From the NCBI GenBank assembly GCA_047285305.1, contig JBJBDL010000003.1:896001-960000 (forward strand): a stretch of DNA of 64,000 bases. The letters are read 5' to 3'. A model generated the notes under the pieces. It had not been told where the DNA came from. It saw only the letters and a list, made by a program, of their open reading frames with translations, and searched no databases. Within the stretch, counting starts at the first letter, position 1, and each line of letters opens with the position of its first letter. This DNA comes from Synechococcus sp. GTDB lineage: Bacteria; Cyanobacteriota; Cyanobacteriia; PCC-6307; Cyanobiaceae. Made by a program: the position numbers and the translations under genes. Positions 30,122 through 49,534 of this stretch are shown here, piece by piece.

Positions 30122-30394
30122 TCAGCTGTTGCCCAGATCGATGGCTGGTGCATCAGGGAAGGCGTCTCCCGGCTGTTCGGCGCCGCGCCCGTCGGAATCT
30201 TGATTGATGCAGAGGCGTCTACGCTCCGGATCGGTCACGTACTGGCAGACGCGGCTCCAGAGTTTGCTGCGGCTGCCCTGGGGACCATTGCTGAACGTCA
30301 CCACATCGCGAAGACCAGGGCGGTCTTCGATCACGACCTGACAGAGCTCACAGCGTTGTGAAGCGGCGGTTTCGCTCAAAGGTGGAGGTCGCAA
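30122..30394 (-). CDS. Conserved cyanobacterial hypothetical protein
   Basis: CELC.V.I, D.V.FS.G..G.R..L..RVCQY, CIN pattern. Confidence 0.7.
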   Translation of the reverse strand: MRPPPLSETAASQRCELCQVVIEDRPGLRDVVTFSNGPQGSRSKLWSRVCQYVTDPERRRLCINQDSDGRGAEQPGDAFPDAPAIDLGNS

Positions 30395-30437
30395 AACGGC
30401 TCGACCCTAAGCAGTGGACTCGAGAGCCGCTGTGCGA

Positions 30438-30622
30438 TCAGTGGCAGCCCTGAACGGAAATGCGGTAACTGAATCCAGTGGCTTGTGGATCCTTGTTGGC
30501 GCCGATCCTGAAATTCACCTGGCTGATGCTCTTGCCCGATACCTGCTGGAAGGGGCCGAACATCCGAGCGGTGCCCGCGGGCGGCTGCAGTTGTTCATCG
30601 GCCACCTTGTGGTTGCTGATTT
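30438..30622 (-). pseudogene. C-terminal remnant of a picocyanobacterial secreted protein
   Basis: ..VADEQLQPPAGTARMFGPFQQVSGKSISQVNFRIGANKDPQATGFSYRISVQGCH*; in-frame stop just upstream and no signal peptide. Confidence 0.5.
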
Positions 30623-30663
30623 GTCAGCTGGAATTTCCAAGCTCGACTGCGCATCGCAATTGA

Positions 30664-31848
<1,185 letters not shown>

Positions 31849-31885
31849 AACCCTTGCTACGGTCGCGCCCGAAGGAAGTGATCTG

Positions 31886-32605
31886 ATGGCTGATTTACAA
31901 ACCCAGATGAAAAAGGCGGTGGCTGAAGCCGCCGTGGAACAGATCAAGGACGGCATGGTGCTGGGCTTGGGGTCAGGCTCCACCGCCGCCCTGATGATTC
32001 AGGGCCTTGGGGCCAAGCTCGCCAGCGGAGAACTCAAAGACATCATCGGTGTCACCACCTCCTTCCAAGGAGAGGTGATGGCCGCTGAGCTAGATATCCC
32101 CCTGCTCAGCCTCAACGCCGTCAGCCGGATTGATCTGGCCATCGATGGTGCTGACGAAGTCGACCCTGGCTTCCAATTGATCAAGGGTGGTGGCGCTTGC
32201 CACGTGCAGGAAAAACTCGTGGCGGCACGGGCGGATCGTTTTGTGGTGGTGGTGGACTCCACCAAACTGGTGGACCGTCTCAACCTCGGTTTTCTGCTGC
32301 CGGTGGAAGTGCTTCCCGGCGCCTGGCGCCAGGTGAAGCAGCAGCTGGAAGCCCTCGGGGGCAGTGCTGAACTGCGCATGGCCCAGCGCAAGGCCGGCCC
32401 CGTGGTCACCGATCAGGGCAACCTGGTGCTGGACGCCAAGCTCGACGGCGGCATCAGCGATCCAGTGGCCCTGGAGCAGACGATCAACAACATTCCCGGC
32501 GTGCTGGAGAACGGCCTGTTCGTCAACATCACCGATGAGGTGTTGGTCGGCGAGATCGCCGATGGTGTGGCGGGTGTCCGCAGCCTGGAGAAGCGCCTCA
32601 GTTGA
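31886..32605 (+). CDS. rpiA: Ribose-5-phosphate isomerase A
   Basis: GLGSGST, DGADEVD, IKGGG, TDQGN. Confidence 0.97.
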   Translation: MADLQTQMKKAVAEAAVEQIKDGMVLGLGSGSTAALMIQGLGAKLASGELKDIIGVTTSFQGEVMAAELDIPLLSLNAVSRIDLAIDGADEVDPGFQLIKGGGACHVQEKLVAARADRFVVVVDSTKLVDRLNLGFLLPVEVLPGAWRQVKQQLEALGGSAELRMAQRKAGPVVTDQGNLVLDAKLDGGISDPVALEQTINNIPGVLENGLFVNITDEVLVGEIADGVAGVRSLEKRLS

Positions 32606-33905
32606 GGCGCCGCCGCACCGATTCAGCGTGGCTGTGCAGGCCTTCACTGATGGCCAGCTCCTGCACAGCTGAACCGGTTGCTTCCAGGGCAGCCCGGTTG
32701 AAACTGATCAGCGAGGTGTGGCGCATGAAGGTCTCAACGCTCAGGGCCCCGCTGAAGCGTGCGGCTCCACAGGTGGGCAGTGTGTGGTTCGGGCCTGCCA
32801 GGTAATCCCCCACGGCTTCTGGAGACCAGGGGCCCAGGAAAATGGCTCCGGCGTTCTGAATGCGATCCGCCAGGGGCTCGGGCCGCTCCACCAGCAGCTC
32901 CAGGTGTTCGGGGGCGAAGCTGTCGCTGAGGCGGGCACAGCTTTCGAGGTCGTCGCAGACCACCACCAGCCCCCAGTCCCGCAAAGCGACTTCGCAGATC
33001 TCCTGGCGGGGGTGATCGGCCAGCTGTTCGGCTACTGCGGCGTTGATCTCTTCGGCCAGTGCAGGGTCGGTGGTGATCAGCACCGCCGCCGCCAGGGGGT
33101 CGTGCTCCGCTTGAGCTAACAGATCTGCTGCCACCTGATCGGGCTTTGCGGAGTGGTCTGCGATCACCAGCACCTCGCTTGGTCCTGCCAGGGAATCGAT
33201 GGCCACCTGGCCGTACACCGCCTGTTTCGCCAGGGTCACATAAAGATTCCCGGGGCCACTGATCACGTCCACCTTGGGAACGCTCTCGCTTCCATAGGCC
33301 ATGGCGGCCACAGCCTGGGCACCTCCGAGGCGGAACACCGTTTTCACGCCGGCCAGGTGGGCCGCTGCCAGCACCACGGGACTTACCGCACCATCACGTC
33401 CGGCGGGGGAACAGATCACCACGTCTTTCACGCCGGCGACCCGGGCTGGCACCGCATTCATCAGCACGGTGCTGGGGTAAGCCGCCCGTCCTCCGGGCAC
33501 GTAGAGACCCGCCCGCTCCACCGGTCGCCAGCGCCGCCCAAGCTGTTCGCCGTGGGGGCCTGTCACCGCTAGATCGGCGGGACGTTGGCGTTGGTGAAAA
33601 TCAGTGATGCGGCGATGGGCCAGCTCCAGGGCATCCCGCAGGTTGGTCGACAGCGACGTCCAGGCCTGTTCGAGGGCCTCGGAGGACACCGCCATCGGTT
33701 CGGGCCGGAAGCCATCGAACCGTTCGGTGAAGTCGGCAATGGCGGCATCGCCGCGGTCGCGCACCGCCGCAAGAATGGCTTCAACCCGCTCACGGGCTTC
33801 ACCCTGCTGGGTTTGTGTGGTACGGCTCGATAACCGTTTCAGTTCCCTCTGGGCCTGGTCCAGATCCCGCACGATGCGAAGGGGAGCAACGGCCGGCTGG
33901 CTCAC
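32598..33905 (-). CDS. hisD: Histidinol dehydrogenase
   Basis: YVPGG.A.YPST, GGAQA, GPGN.YV, AGPSE, QAEHD, APEHL, GDY.AG.NH.LPT. Confidence 0.97.
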   Translation of the reverse strand: MSQPAVAPLRIVRDLDQAQRELKRLSSRTTQTQQGEARERVEAILAAVRDRGDAAIADFTERFDGFRPEPMAVSSEALEQAWTSLSTNLRDALELAHRRITDFHQRQRPADLAVTGPHGEQLGRRWRPVERAGLYVPGGRAAYPSTVLMNAVPARVAGVKDVVICSPAGRDGAVSPVVLAAAHLAGVKTVFRLGGAQAVAAMAYGSESVPKVDVISGPGNLYVTLAKQAVYGQVAIDSLAGPSEVLVIADHSAKPDQVAADLLAQAEHDPLAAAVLITTDPALAEEINAAVAEQLADHPRQEICEVALRDWGLVVVCDDLESCARLSDSFAPEHLELLVERPEPLADRIQNAGAIFLGPWSPEAVGDYLAGPNHTLPTCGAARFSGALSVETFMRHTSLISFNRAALEATGSAVQELAISEGLHSHAESVRRRLN

Positions 33906-33940
33906 AGACAAAGGAACAGTGCGAGTTCCAGTCAAGTTAG

Positions 33941-34309
<369 letters not shown>

Positions 34310-34357
34310 TTCGGTTTCAACCGGCAGAATGGGCCGAAAGCGCGTTTCGGCCCAGCT

Positions 34358-35146
34358 GTGTTCCCCACTCCGACGTTGATTGACAGCCACTGTCACATCG
34401 TCTTCCGCAACTTTGACGACGACCTCGATGCGGTGGCCTCACGTTGGCGTGAGGCTGGGGTTGGTGCTCTGCTGCACGCCTGCGTCGAACCCTCCGAAAT
34501 TCCGGCGATCCGCGCCCTGGCGGATCGGTTTCCGGAGATGCGTTATTCCGTCGGCGTCCATCCATTGGACACCGAGCATTGGCGGGATGACACGGTGGCG
34601 GTGTTACGGCGGGCGGCTCTGGAGGACGATCGGGTGGTCGCCATCGGAGAACTCGGCCTCGATCTCTTCCGAGACAAGAATCTCGAGGAGCAGCTTGCTG
34701 TGCTGCGTCCTCAATTGGACCTGGCGGTGGAATTAAACCTGCCGGTGATCATTCACTGTCGGGATGCCGCTGAGCCGATGCTGGAGGAACTGCGGGCCCG
34801 TAAGGCGCAGGGCCGTTGCCCCGGAGGGGTGATGCATTGCTGGGGCGGCACCCCCGATGAAATGCACCAGTTCCTCGACCTCGGCTTCTACATCAGCTTC
34901 AGCGGCACCGTCACTTTCCCCAAGGCAGAGCCCACCCACGACTGCGCGCGTCAGGTACCGGAGGATCGTTTCCTGGTGGAAACCGATTGCCCTTTCTTGG
35001 CTCCTGTGCCCCGCCGCGGCAAGCGCAACGAGCCGGCCTTCGTTGCCTCCGTTGCCATGCGGGTGGCTGAGCTGCGAGGCGTGGACCTTGACAGCGTGGC
35101 CTGCAGCAGCACCGCCAACGCCCGGCGTTTGTTCGGACTCCCTTAA
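34358..35146 (+). CDS. tatD: TatD family nuclease
   Basis: IDSHCH, GVHP, AIGE.GLD, IIHCR, VMHC, ETDCPFL. Confidence 0.94.
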   Translation: MFPTPTLIDSHCHIVFRNFDDDLDAVASRWREAGVGALLHACVEPSEIPAIRALADRFPEMRYSVGVHPLDTEHWRDDTVAVLRRAALEDDRVVAIGELGLDLFRDKNLEEQLAVLRPQLDLAVELNLPVIIHCRDAAEPMLEELRARKAQGRCPGGVMHCWGGTPDEMHQFLDLGFYISFSGTVTFPKAEPTHDCARQVPEDRFLVETDCPFLAPVPRRGKRNEPAFVASVAMRVAELRGVDLDSVACSSTANARRLFGLP

Positions 35147-35176
35147 CCGGAGTTCCAAAGGTGTCGAGTCCATATG

Positions 35177-35427
35177 TAAGATGTTGTATTGGCCTGGCCA
35201 TGCGCAGGATTCCTTCTTGTGTGTGGTGCCTGAAGCGTCCATTTCCTTCCGGTGCATTTGTCGTCGTCAGCTGATCTGACCCGCGATTTCTGAACAGCAG
35301 CAGTGGCGCTGTCGGTTCCGCCCTAGAAACCGTCGGTACCGCTGTTGTGTCGAATCGTCCTGTCAGGTGAGCTTCTGCCGCCAATCCAGTCCTCCCCAGT
35401 CCCTTCGTCCTCTCTGCCGGTCCCCGC
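35177..35427 (+). promoter_or_regulatory. rpoB promoter and about 240-nt structured 5' leader
   Basis: -10-like TAAGAT (35177-35182); 13-bp hairpin at 35197-35227; extended hairpin at 35269-35373. Confidence 0.6.
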
Positions 35428-38400
35428 ATGAGCAGCAGCGCGATTCAGGTCGCCAAGACCGCCACCTACCTCCCTGATCTGGTGGAGGTGCAGCGGGCCA
35501 GCTTTAAGTGGTTTTTGGATCAAGGTCTGATCGAGGAGCTGGAAAGCTTCTCTCCGATCACGGATTACACTGGCAAGCTGGAGCTCCACTTCATCGGTAG
35601 CGAGTACCGCCTGAAGCGCCCCCGCCATGATGTGGAAGAGGCCAAGCGGCGTGATGCGACATTCGCGTCACAGATGTATGTCACCTGCCGCCTGGTCAAC
35701 AAGGAGACCGGTGAGATCAAGGAGCAGGAGGTCTTCATCGGCGAGCTGCCGCTGATGACCGAGCGCGGCACATTCATCATCAATGGCGCTGAGCGCGTGA
35801 TTGTGAACCAGATCGTGCGCAGCCCCGGTGTCTATTTCAAGGATGAAATGGACAAGAACGGCCGGCGTACCTACAACGCCAGCGTCATCCCCAACCGGGG
35901 TGCCTGGCTGAAGTTTGAGACGGATAAGAACGACTTGCTCCATGTTCGTGTGGACAAGACCCGCAAGATCAATGCGCACGTGCTCATGCGTGCCATGGGT
36001 CTGTCCGACAACGACGTGCTCGACAAGCTGCGTCACCCCGAGTTCTACAAGAAGTCGATTGATGCCGCCAACGACGAGGGCATCAGTTCGGAAGACCAGG
36101 CGCTGCTTGAGCTCTACAAGAAACTTCGCCCGGGTGAACCCCCCTCAGTGAGTGGTGGTCAGCAGCTGCTTCAGACCCGTTTCTTCGATCCCAAGCGCTA
36201 CGACCTCGGTCGGGTCGGCCGCTACAAGATCAACAAGAAGCTGCGCCTCACCATCCCCGACACGGTGCGCACCCTCACCCATGAGGACGTGCTCTCCACA
36301 CTCGATTACCTGATCAACCTGGAACTGGATGTCGGTGGCGCCAGCCTCGACGACATCGACCACCTCGGCAACCGCCGCGTGCGTTCCGTGGGCGAACTCC
36401 TGCAGAACCAGGTTCGGGTGGGTTTGAACCGTCTTGAGCGGATCATTAAGGAACGGATGACCGTCGGCGAAACCGATTCGCTGACTCCGGCCCAGTTGGT
36501 GAACCCCAAGCCCCTAGTAGCGGCGATCAAGGAGTTCTTCGGCTCTAGTCAGTTGAGCCAGTTCATGGACCAGACCAACCCTCTGGCTGAGCTCACCCAC
36601 AAGCGCCGCATCTCGGCCCTTGGACCTGGCGGTCTCACCCGTGAGCGTGCCGGCTTCGCCGTCCGCGACATTCATCCCTCCCACTACGGCCGTCTCTGCC
36701 CGATTGAGACGCCGGAAGGCCCCAATGCCGGTCTGATCAACTCCTTGGCGACCCACGCCCGGGTCAATGAGTACGGCTTCATCGAAACACCGTTCTGGAA
36801 GGTGGAGAACGGTGTCGTTCTGAAGGATGGTGATCCGATCTATCTGTCTGCCGACCGGGAAGACGAAGTGCGCGTCGCCCCTGGTGACGTGGCCACCGAG
36901 GACGACGGCCGGATCTCAGCGGATCTGATTCCTGTGCGTTACCGCCAGGACTTCGAGAAGGTCCCCCCTGAGCAGGTCGACTACGTCGCCCTGTCACCGG
37001 TGCAGGTGATCTCTGTGGCAACATCCCTGATCCCCTTCCTGGAGCACGACGACGCCAACCGCGCTCTGATGGGCTCCAACATGCAGCGTCAGGCTGTGCC
37101 GTTGCTGCGTCCTGAGCGTGCCCTGGTGGGTACCGGCCTCGAAACCCAGGTGGCTCGCGACTCCGGCATGGTGCCGATCTCTCGCGTGAATGGCACCGTC
37201 ACCTATGTGGATGCCAACGCCATCGTTGTGCAGGACGAGGACGGCAACGACCACACCCACTTCCTGCAGAAGTATCAGCGCTCCAACCAGGACACCTGCC
37301 TGAACCAGCGCCCAATCGTCCGCTGCGGCGATCCGGTGATCGTCGGTCAAGTGATGGCGGATGGCTCGGCCTGTGAAGGCGGTGAGATCGCCTTGGGTCA
37401 GAACGTTCTGATCGCTTACATGCCCTGGGAGGGTTACAACTACGAGGATGCGCTGCTGGTCAGCGAGCGTCTGGTCACCGACGATCTCTACACCTCGGTT
37501 CACATCGAGAAGTACGAGATCGAAGCGCGTCAGACCAAGCTCGGACCTGAGGAGATCACCCGCGAAATTCCCAACGTCGCTGAGGAAAGCCTGGGCAATC
37601 TCGACGAGATGGGCATCATCCGCGTGGGCGCTTTCGTTGAGAGCGGCGACATCCTCGTGGGCAAGGTGACTCCCAAGGGTGAATCCGATCAGCCGCCGGA
37701 AGAGAAGCTGCTGCGCGCGATCTTCGGTGAGAAGGCGCGCGATGTACGCGACAACTCTCTGCGGGTGCCAGGCACCGAGCGTGGCCGCGTGGTGGATGTG
37801 CGCATCTACACCCGTGAACAGGGTGATGAGCTGCCCCCCGGCGCAAACATGGTGGTGCGGGTTTATGTGGCCCAGCGCCGCAAGATTCAGGTCGGCGACA
37901 AGATGGCCGGCCGTCACGGCAACAAGGGCATCATCAGCCGCATCCTTCCCCGGGAGGACATGCCTTATCTGCCCGACGGCACCCCGGTCGACATCGTGCT
38001 CAACCCCCTGGGTGTGCCGAGCCGGATGAATGTGGGTCAGGTGTTCGAGCTGCTAATGGGGTGGGCAGCGTCCAACCTGGATTGCCGCGTGCGCATCGTT
38101 CCCTTCGATGAGATGCACGGTGCTGAGAAGTCTCAGCAGACCGTGGAGACCTTCCTCAAGGAAGCCGCCAAGCAGCCCGGCAAGGGTTGGGTGTACGACC
38201 CTGAGGATCCCGGCAAGCTGCAGTTGCGGGATGGCCGCACCGGTCTGCCCTTCGATCAGCCTGTGGCCGTGGGTTACTCCCACTTCCTTAAGCTGGTTCA
38301 CCTGGTAGACGACAAGATTCACGCCCGCTCCACCGGCCCCTACTCCCTGGTCACCCAGCAGCCTCTGGGTGGCAAGGCACAGCAAGGTGGTCAGCGTCTT

Positions 38401-38721
38401 GGTGAGATGGAGGTGTGGGCCCTAGAGGCCTATGGCGCCGCTTACACCCTGCAAGAACTGCTCACGGTCAAGTCCGATGATATGCAGGGCCGCAACGAGG
38501 CTCTCAATGCCATCGTCAAGGGCAAGCCGATCCCCCGCCCGGGTACACCGGAATCCTTCAAGGTGCTGATGCGCGAGCTTCAGTCCCTGGGTCTGGACAT
38601 CGCTGTGTACACCGACGAAGGCAAGGAAGTGGATCTGATGCAGGACGTGAACCCACGTCGCAGCACCCCCAGCAGGCCCACCTACGAATCCCTCGGCGTC
38701 GCGGATTACGACGAGGACTGA
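35428..38721 (+). CDS. rpoB: RNA polymerase beta subunit
   Basis: [46 protein letters not shown]. Confidence 0.99.
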   Translation: MSSSAIQVAKTATYLPDLVEVQRASFKWFLDQGLIEELESFSPITDYTGKLELHFIGSEYRLKRPRHDVEEAKRRDATFASQMYVTCRLVNKETGEIKEQEVFIGELPLMTERGTFIINGAERVIVNQIVRSPGVYFKDEMDKNGRRTYNASVIPNRGAWLKFETDKNDLLHVRVDKTRKINAHVLMRAMGLSDNDVLDKLRHPEFYKKSIDAANDEGISSEDQALLELYKKLRPGEPPSVSGGQQLLQTRFFDPKRYDLGRVGRYKINKKLRLTIPDTVRTLTHEDVLSTLDYLINLELDVGGASLDDIDHLGNRRVRSVGELLQNQVRVGLNRLERIIKERMTVGETDSLTPAQLVNPKPLVAAIKEFFGSSQLSQFMDQTNPLAELTHKRRISALGPGGLTRERAGFAVRDIHPSHYGRLCPIETPEGPNAGLINSLATHARVNEYGFIETPFWKVENGVVLKDGDPIYLSADREDEVRVAPGDVATEDDGRISADLIPVRYRQDFEKVPPEQVDYVALSPVQVISVATSLIPFLEHDDANRALMGSNMQRQAVPLLRPERALVGTGLETQVARDSGMVPISRVNGTVTYVDANAIVVQDEDGNDHTHFLQKYQRSNQDTCLNQRPIVRCGDPVIVGQVMADGSACEGGEIALGQNVLIAYMPWEGYNYEDALLVSERLVTDDLYTSVHIEKYEIEARQTKLGPEEITREIPNVAEESLGNLDEMGIIRVGAFVESGDILVGKVTPKGESDQPPEEKLLRAIFGEKARDVRDNSLRVPGTERGRVVDVRIYTREQGDELPPGANMVVRVYVAQRRKIQVGDKMAGRHGNKGIISRILPREDMPYLPDGTPVDIVLNPLGVPSRMNVGQVFELLMGWAASNLDCRVRIVPFDEMHGAEKSQQTVETFLKEAAKQPGKGWVYDPEDPGKLQLRDGRTGLPFDQPVAVGYSHFLKLVHLVDDKIHARSTGPYSLVTQQPLGGKAQQGGQRLGEMEVWALEAYGAAYTLQELLTVKSDDMQGRNEALNAIVKGKPIPRPGTPESFKVLMRELQSLGLDIAVYTDEGKEVDLMQDVNPRRSTPSRPTYESLGVADYDED

Positions 38722-38763
38722 CGGATCAACGAACGAACCGATTCCCCGCTCCTTCTTCCTTAA

Positions 38764-46053
<7,290 letters not shown>

Positions 46054-46107
46054 AGGATGGGCTGATGCTCTGTTCCTCAGCAGACTGCTGAAGAACAGGG
46101 TCTGCGC

Positions 46108-47862
46108 ATGACAGCGATCGATTGGCTGCTTCTCGCTGCCTACCTTGTGCTCACCCTGGTGTTGGGGTTGTGGCTGGCCCGCCGCAACAGCGGCGAGGCG
46201 GATTATTTCGTGGCTGGCCGTCGTCTGAACGGTTGGTTGGCCGGCGCCTCGATGGCGGCCACCACCTTCTCCATCGATACGCCGCTTTACGTCGCCGGCC
46301 TGGTGGGTGCTCGCGGCCTGGCGGGCAACTGGGAGTGGTGGAGCTTTGGTTTGGCTCACGTGGCCATGGCTGTTGTCTTCGCACCCCTCTGGCGCCGCAG
46401 CGGTGTGCTCACCGACGCCGCCTTCACCGAGCTGCGCTATGGCGGAGCGGCGGCGGCTTGGTTGCGCGGCATCAAGGCTTTCCTGCTGGCCGTGCCGGTT
46501 AACTGCATCGGCATCGGCTATGCCTTCCTCGCCCTCCGCAAGGTGGTGGAAGCGCTGGGGCTGGTGTCGGGTCAACCCGCAGCACTGGGAATGACGGACA
46601 CGGTCTTGCTCTTGATGGTCGTGGCTCTGCTTGTGATGAGTTACACCGTGGCCGGTGGGCTCTGGGCTGTCGTGGTCACCGATCTGGTCCAGCTTGTGCT
46701 GGCGTTGGCGGGTGCCCTGACCGTGGCCGCGGCTGCCCTCCATGCCGCAGGAGGGATTACACCGCTGTTGGAACAACTGCAGGCGCTGCAGCGGCCAGAG
46801 CTGCTCTCTCTGGTGCCCTGGACCTGGGATGACTCGGGCTTCCACTGGTTGCAGGGCAGTGGCATCAGCATTCCGATGTTCACGGCCTACATCGCTGTGC
46901 AGTGGTGGAGTTTCCGCCGCAGCGATGGGGGTGGCGAGTTCATCCAGCGCATGCTGGCCACCCGCGATGAGCAGCAGGCGCGTCTGGCGGGTTGGGTGTT
47001 TCTGGTGGTGAATTACCTCGTTCGCAGCTGGCTCTGGATCGTGGTCGCATTGGCGGCCCTGGTGCTGCTGCCTGCCGGCGCTGATCTTGAGCTCGGCTAT
47101 CCCGCCTTGGCTGTGCAACTGCTGCCCCCCGTGGCGCTTGGCCTGGTGGTGATCTCTCTGGTGGCGGCGTTCATGAGCACCGTAAGCACCTCGGTGAACT
47201 GGGGAGCCAGCTACCTCACCCACGACCTCTATCAGCGCTTTGTTCGCCCCTCTGCCGGTTCGCGGGAGCTGTTACTGGTGGGACAACTCACCACGGTTCT
47301 GCTGCTCGTTCTTGGGGTGATCACCGCTTTGGTTAGCGACAGCATCGGCACGGTGTTTCGGCTGGTGATCGCGATCGGGTCCGGCCCCGGTGTGGTTCTG
47401 GTGCTGCGCTGGTTCTGGTGGCGTGTGAACGCCGCGGCGGAGCTGTCGGCGATGCTCTGCGGCTTTTTCGTTGGGGTGTTCACCTCGGTGGTGCCCCTGG
47501 TACGGATCGAGGATTACGGGGTTCGCATTGCGGTGATCACCGGCCTCTCCGCTGTGGTCTGGTTGACGGTGATGCTGAGCACACCGCCGGAATCGGACGC
47601 TGTTTTGGAGCGGTTTGTACGGACGGTGCGTCCTCCTGGCCCCGGTTGGTCACGCTTGCGCCAGCGCTTCGGCGTCATGCCGATGGAGTCGTTGCCCGCC
47701 ATGCTGCGGCGCTTCGTTCTGGCCTGTGGTGTGTTGTTTGGCGGCCTGCTCGGCACCGGAGGCTTCCTGTTGCATCAACAGTGGAGTGGCTGGATCGGTC
47801 TGTCGGTGCTGATCCTCTCGATCTGGCAGCTGCGGCGGCGTGTCGCTGCCGTGCCCTCTTGA
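46108..47862 (+). CDS. Sodium:solute symporter family protein
   Basis: DYFVAGR, SMAATTFS.DTP, GGLWAVVVTD..Q, QRML, AAFMST. Confidence 0.92.
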   Translation: MTAIDWLLLAAYLVLTLVLGLWLARRNSGEADYFVAGRRLNGWLAGASMAATTFSIDTPLYVAGLVGARGLAGNWEWWSFGLAHVAMAVVFAPLWRRSGVLTDAAFTELRYGGAAAAWLRGIKAFLLAVPVNCIGIGYAFLALRKVVEALGLVSGQPAALGMTDTVLLLMVVALLVMSYTVAGGLWAVVVTDLVQLVLALAGALTVAAAALHAAGGITPLLEQLQALQRPELLSLVPWTWDDSGFHWLQGSGISIPMFTAYIAVQWWSFRRSDGGGEFIQRMLATRDEQQARLAGWVFLVVNYLVRSWLWIVVALAALVLLPAGADLELGYPALAVQLLPPVALGLVVISLVAAFMSTVSTSVNWGASYLTHDLYQRFVRPSAGSRELLLVGQLTTVLLLVLGVITALVSDSIGTVFRLVIAIGSGPGVVLVLRWFWWRVNAAAELSAMLCGFFVGVFTSVVPLVRIEDYGVRIAVITGLSAVVWLTVMLSTPPESDAVLERFVRTVRPPGPGWSRLRQRFGVMPMESLPAMLRRFVLACGVLFGGLLGTGGFLLHQQWSGWIGLSVLILSIWQLRRRVAAVPS

Positions 47863-47892
47863 GCAGAATGATGCCTTGATTGGCGTGTTCCG

Positions 47893-48018
47893 GTGTCGTT
47901 TTTTCGTTCCACCCTTCTGCCGGCTCTGATTGTTCTTCTGTTTGCCCTGGCGTTGTTCGCTGTGAGTGCCCGCATCTGGCTTCCCGGTGACATGCTGGCT
48001 CCAGCTCCTATGGGTTGA
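47893..48018 (+). CDS. 41-aa membrane microprotein, absent from the ORF track
   Basis: MSFFRSTLLPALIVLLFALALFAVSARIWLPGDMLAPAPMG*; resembles a recalled cyanobacterial AVSARIxLPxDMxAPAP family. Confidence 0.72.
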   Translation: MSFFRSTLLPALIVLLFALALFAVSARIWLPGDMLAPAPMG

Positions 48019-48048
48019 GCTCTGGAATGGCTCTCGTAGCATCCACGC

Positions 48049-48861
48049 ATGACTGATGACCGCAGCCAACAGAAGGACCAGGGGCTCTCCAGCCTTTCTG
48101 TGGATCCTGATCTGCTGGCGCGTGAGCTGGCGGCGGAAGACGACGTTGATCCGCTTGATGCGATCCAGCTCGATGACGCCGAGCAGGATTCCTCCCTGGA
48201 GATTGCCCGGGCCTGTGACCAGGGCCTGGTCTGGTTGCGTGGCAACCATGGAGAGCGGCTGCAGGGCCTGCAGGTGTTCTGTGAACACCGCGATCCCCGG
48301 TCGATTGCCCTGCTGCTTCCCTTACTCCAGAACTCCTGTCCGGTGGAGCGGATGAGTGCCGTTTACGCATTGGGGCGCAATCCATCGCCTCCGGCTGTTG
48401 AGCCGCTGTTGCAGCTGCTGCAGCTAGATGCCAACGCCTACGTCCGCAAGGCTGCGGCCTGGAGCCTGGGCAATTTCCCCGATGCCCCGGTGCTCAATCC
48501 GCTGATCCGGGCGCTGCAGACGGATGTCGCAGCGGTGCGCCTCTGGTGTCCAGGGTCCCTGGCGGAAGCCGGCAGCCGTTCCCCGGTCAAAGCCGACCCT
48601 GCGGCGGGGCAATTGCTGGTGAGTCTGCGCATCGACAGCGAAGCGGTGGTGCGCAGCAACTGCATCTGGGCTTTGGGCCGTTTGATGGATCAGCTGGTGC
48701 AGCCGCGGCAAGTCGAGATAGTTGAAGCCCTGGTGAGTGCCCTGCTCCATGACGGGGAGATCTCCGTGCGCGATGAGGCCAGAACGGCCCTTGAGCAGCT
48801 GGAGGATCCGCTGGTGCTGGAACGTCTGCAAGCTTTGATCAACGACGGTTTCATCCTGTAA
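48049..48861 (+). CDS. HEAT-repeat (PBS lyase-like) protein
   Basis: Repeats RMSAVYALGR, VRKAAAWSLG, VRSNCIWALG, VRDEA..AL. Confidence 0.88.
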   Translation: MTDDRSQQKDQGLSSLSVDPDLLARELAAEDDVDPLDAIQLDDAEQDSSLEIARACDQGLVWLRGNHGERLQGLQVFCEHRDPRSIALLLPLLQNSCPVERMSAVYALGRNPSPPAVEPLLQLLQLDANAYVRKAAAWSLGNFPDAPVLNPLIRALQTDVAAVRLWCPGSLAEAGSRSPVKADPAAGQLLVSLRIDSEAVVRSNCIWALGRLMDQLVQPRQVEIVEALVSALLHDGEISVRDEARTALEQLEDPLVLERLQALINDGFIL

Positions 48862-48935
48862 CAGGGCTCTGTAACGAGGAAGGCAACATTCGGGGGAGAC
48901 CCCCACTAGATTGCTGCGCAAATCACGCTTCTTCG

Positions 48936-49139
48936 ATGCCCCAGAAGACCATTCGTTTCACCATTCGGCCCGACGGCCGTGTGGAAGAACGGGTCGAGGG
49001 TGTTGCGGGTGAAGCGTGCCAGCAGCTCACTGAAGAAGTTGAAGCTGCTCTTGGAACGGTTGAACGTCAGGAATCCACATCCGAAGCGTTTCTGCAGCCT
49101 GAGGTCCAGTCCCAGTCTCTTCCCGCTCATTTGAACTGA
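48936..49139 (+). CDS. DUF2997 family protein
   Basis: IRF.IRPDG.VEE.VEG..G..C..LT...E.ALG. Confidence 0.85.
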   Translation: MPQKTIRFTIRPDGRVEERVEGVAGEACQQLTEEVEAALGTVERQESTSEAFLQPEVQSQSLPAHLN

Positions 49140-49531
49140 TGTCGCATTTCAGCACCGTCAAAACCGAACTGCGTCAGCTGGAGCCTCTGGTGAAAGCCCT
49201 GGAAGACATGGGCTATGCCCCTGATCAGGGTGAGCGCCCCGTGCGCGGCTACCGCGGCCAGACCGTCACGGCTGATCTGGCCATCGCCGTCCAGGAAGGT
49301 GGTGATATCGGCTTCCGCTGGAACAGCGCATCGGAGTCCTATGAGCTGGTCACCGACCTCGACCTGTGGAAGCAACAGATTCCTGTGGAACGTTTTCTCT
49401 CCAAGCTCACTCAGCGCTATGCCTTGAATACGGTTCTGGCTGCCACCACCAAGGAAGGATTCCAGGTTGCCGAGCAGACCCAAACCGAGGATGGTTCGAT
49501 CGAACTAGTGGTGACCCGCTGGGACGCCTGA
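49139..49531 (+). CDS. ycf35: Ycf35 / DUF1257 family protein
   Basis: MSHFSTVKT, DIGF.WN, YELV.D...W, L.Q.YA, DGSI.LV..RW; TGATG coupling to DUF2997. Confidence 0.88.
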   Translation: MSHFSTVKTELRQLEPLVKALEDMGYAPDQGERPVRGYRGQTVTADLAIAVQEGGDIGFRWNSASESYELVTDLDLWKQQIPVERFLSKLTQRYALNTVLAATTKEGFQVAEQTQTEDGSIELVVTRWDA

Positions 49532-49534
49532 ATC

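Noticed and set aside
48857..48876. TGTAAC direct repeat as an RpaB HLR1 site
   Set aside because: The half-sites are 13 nt apart rather than the 10 nt of HLR1.
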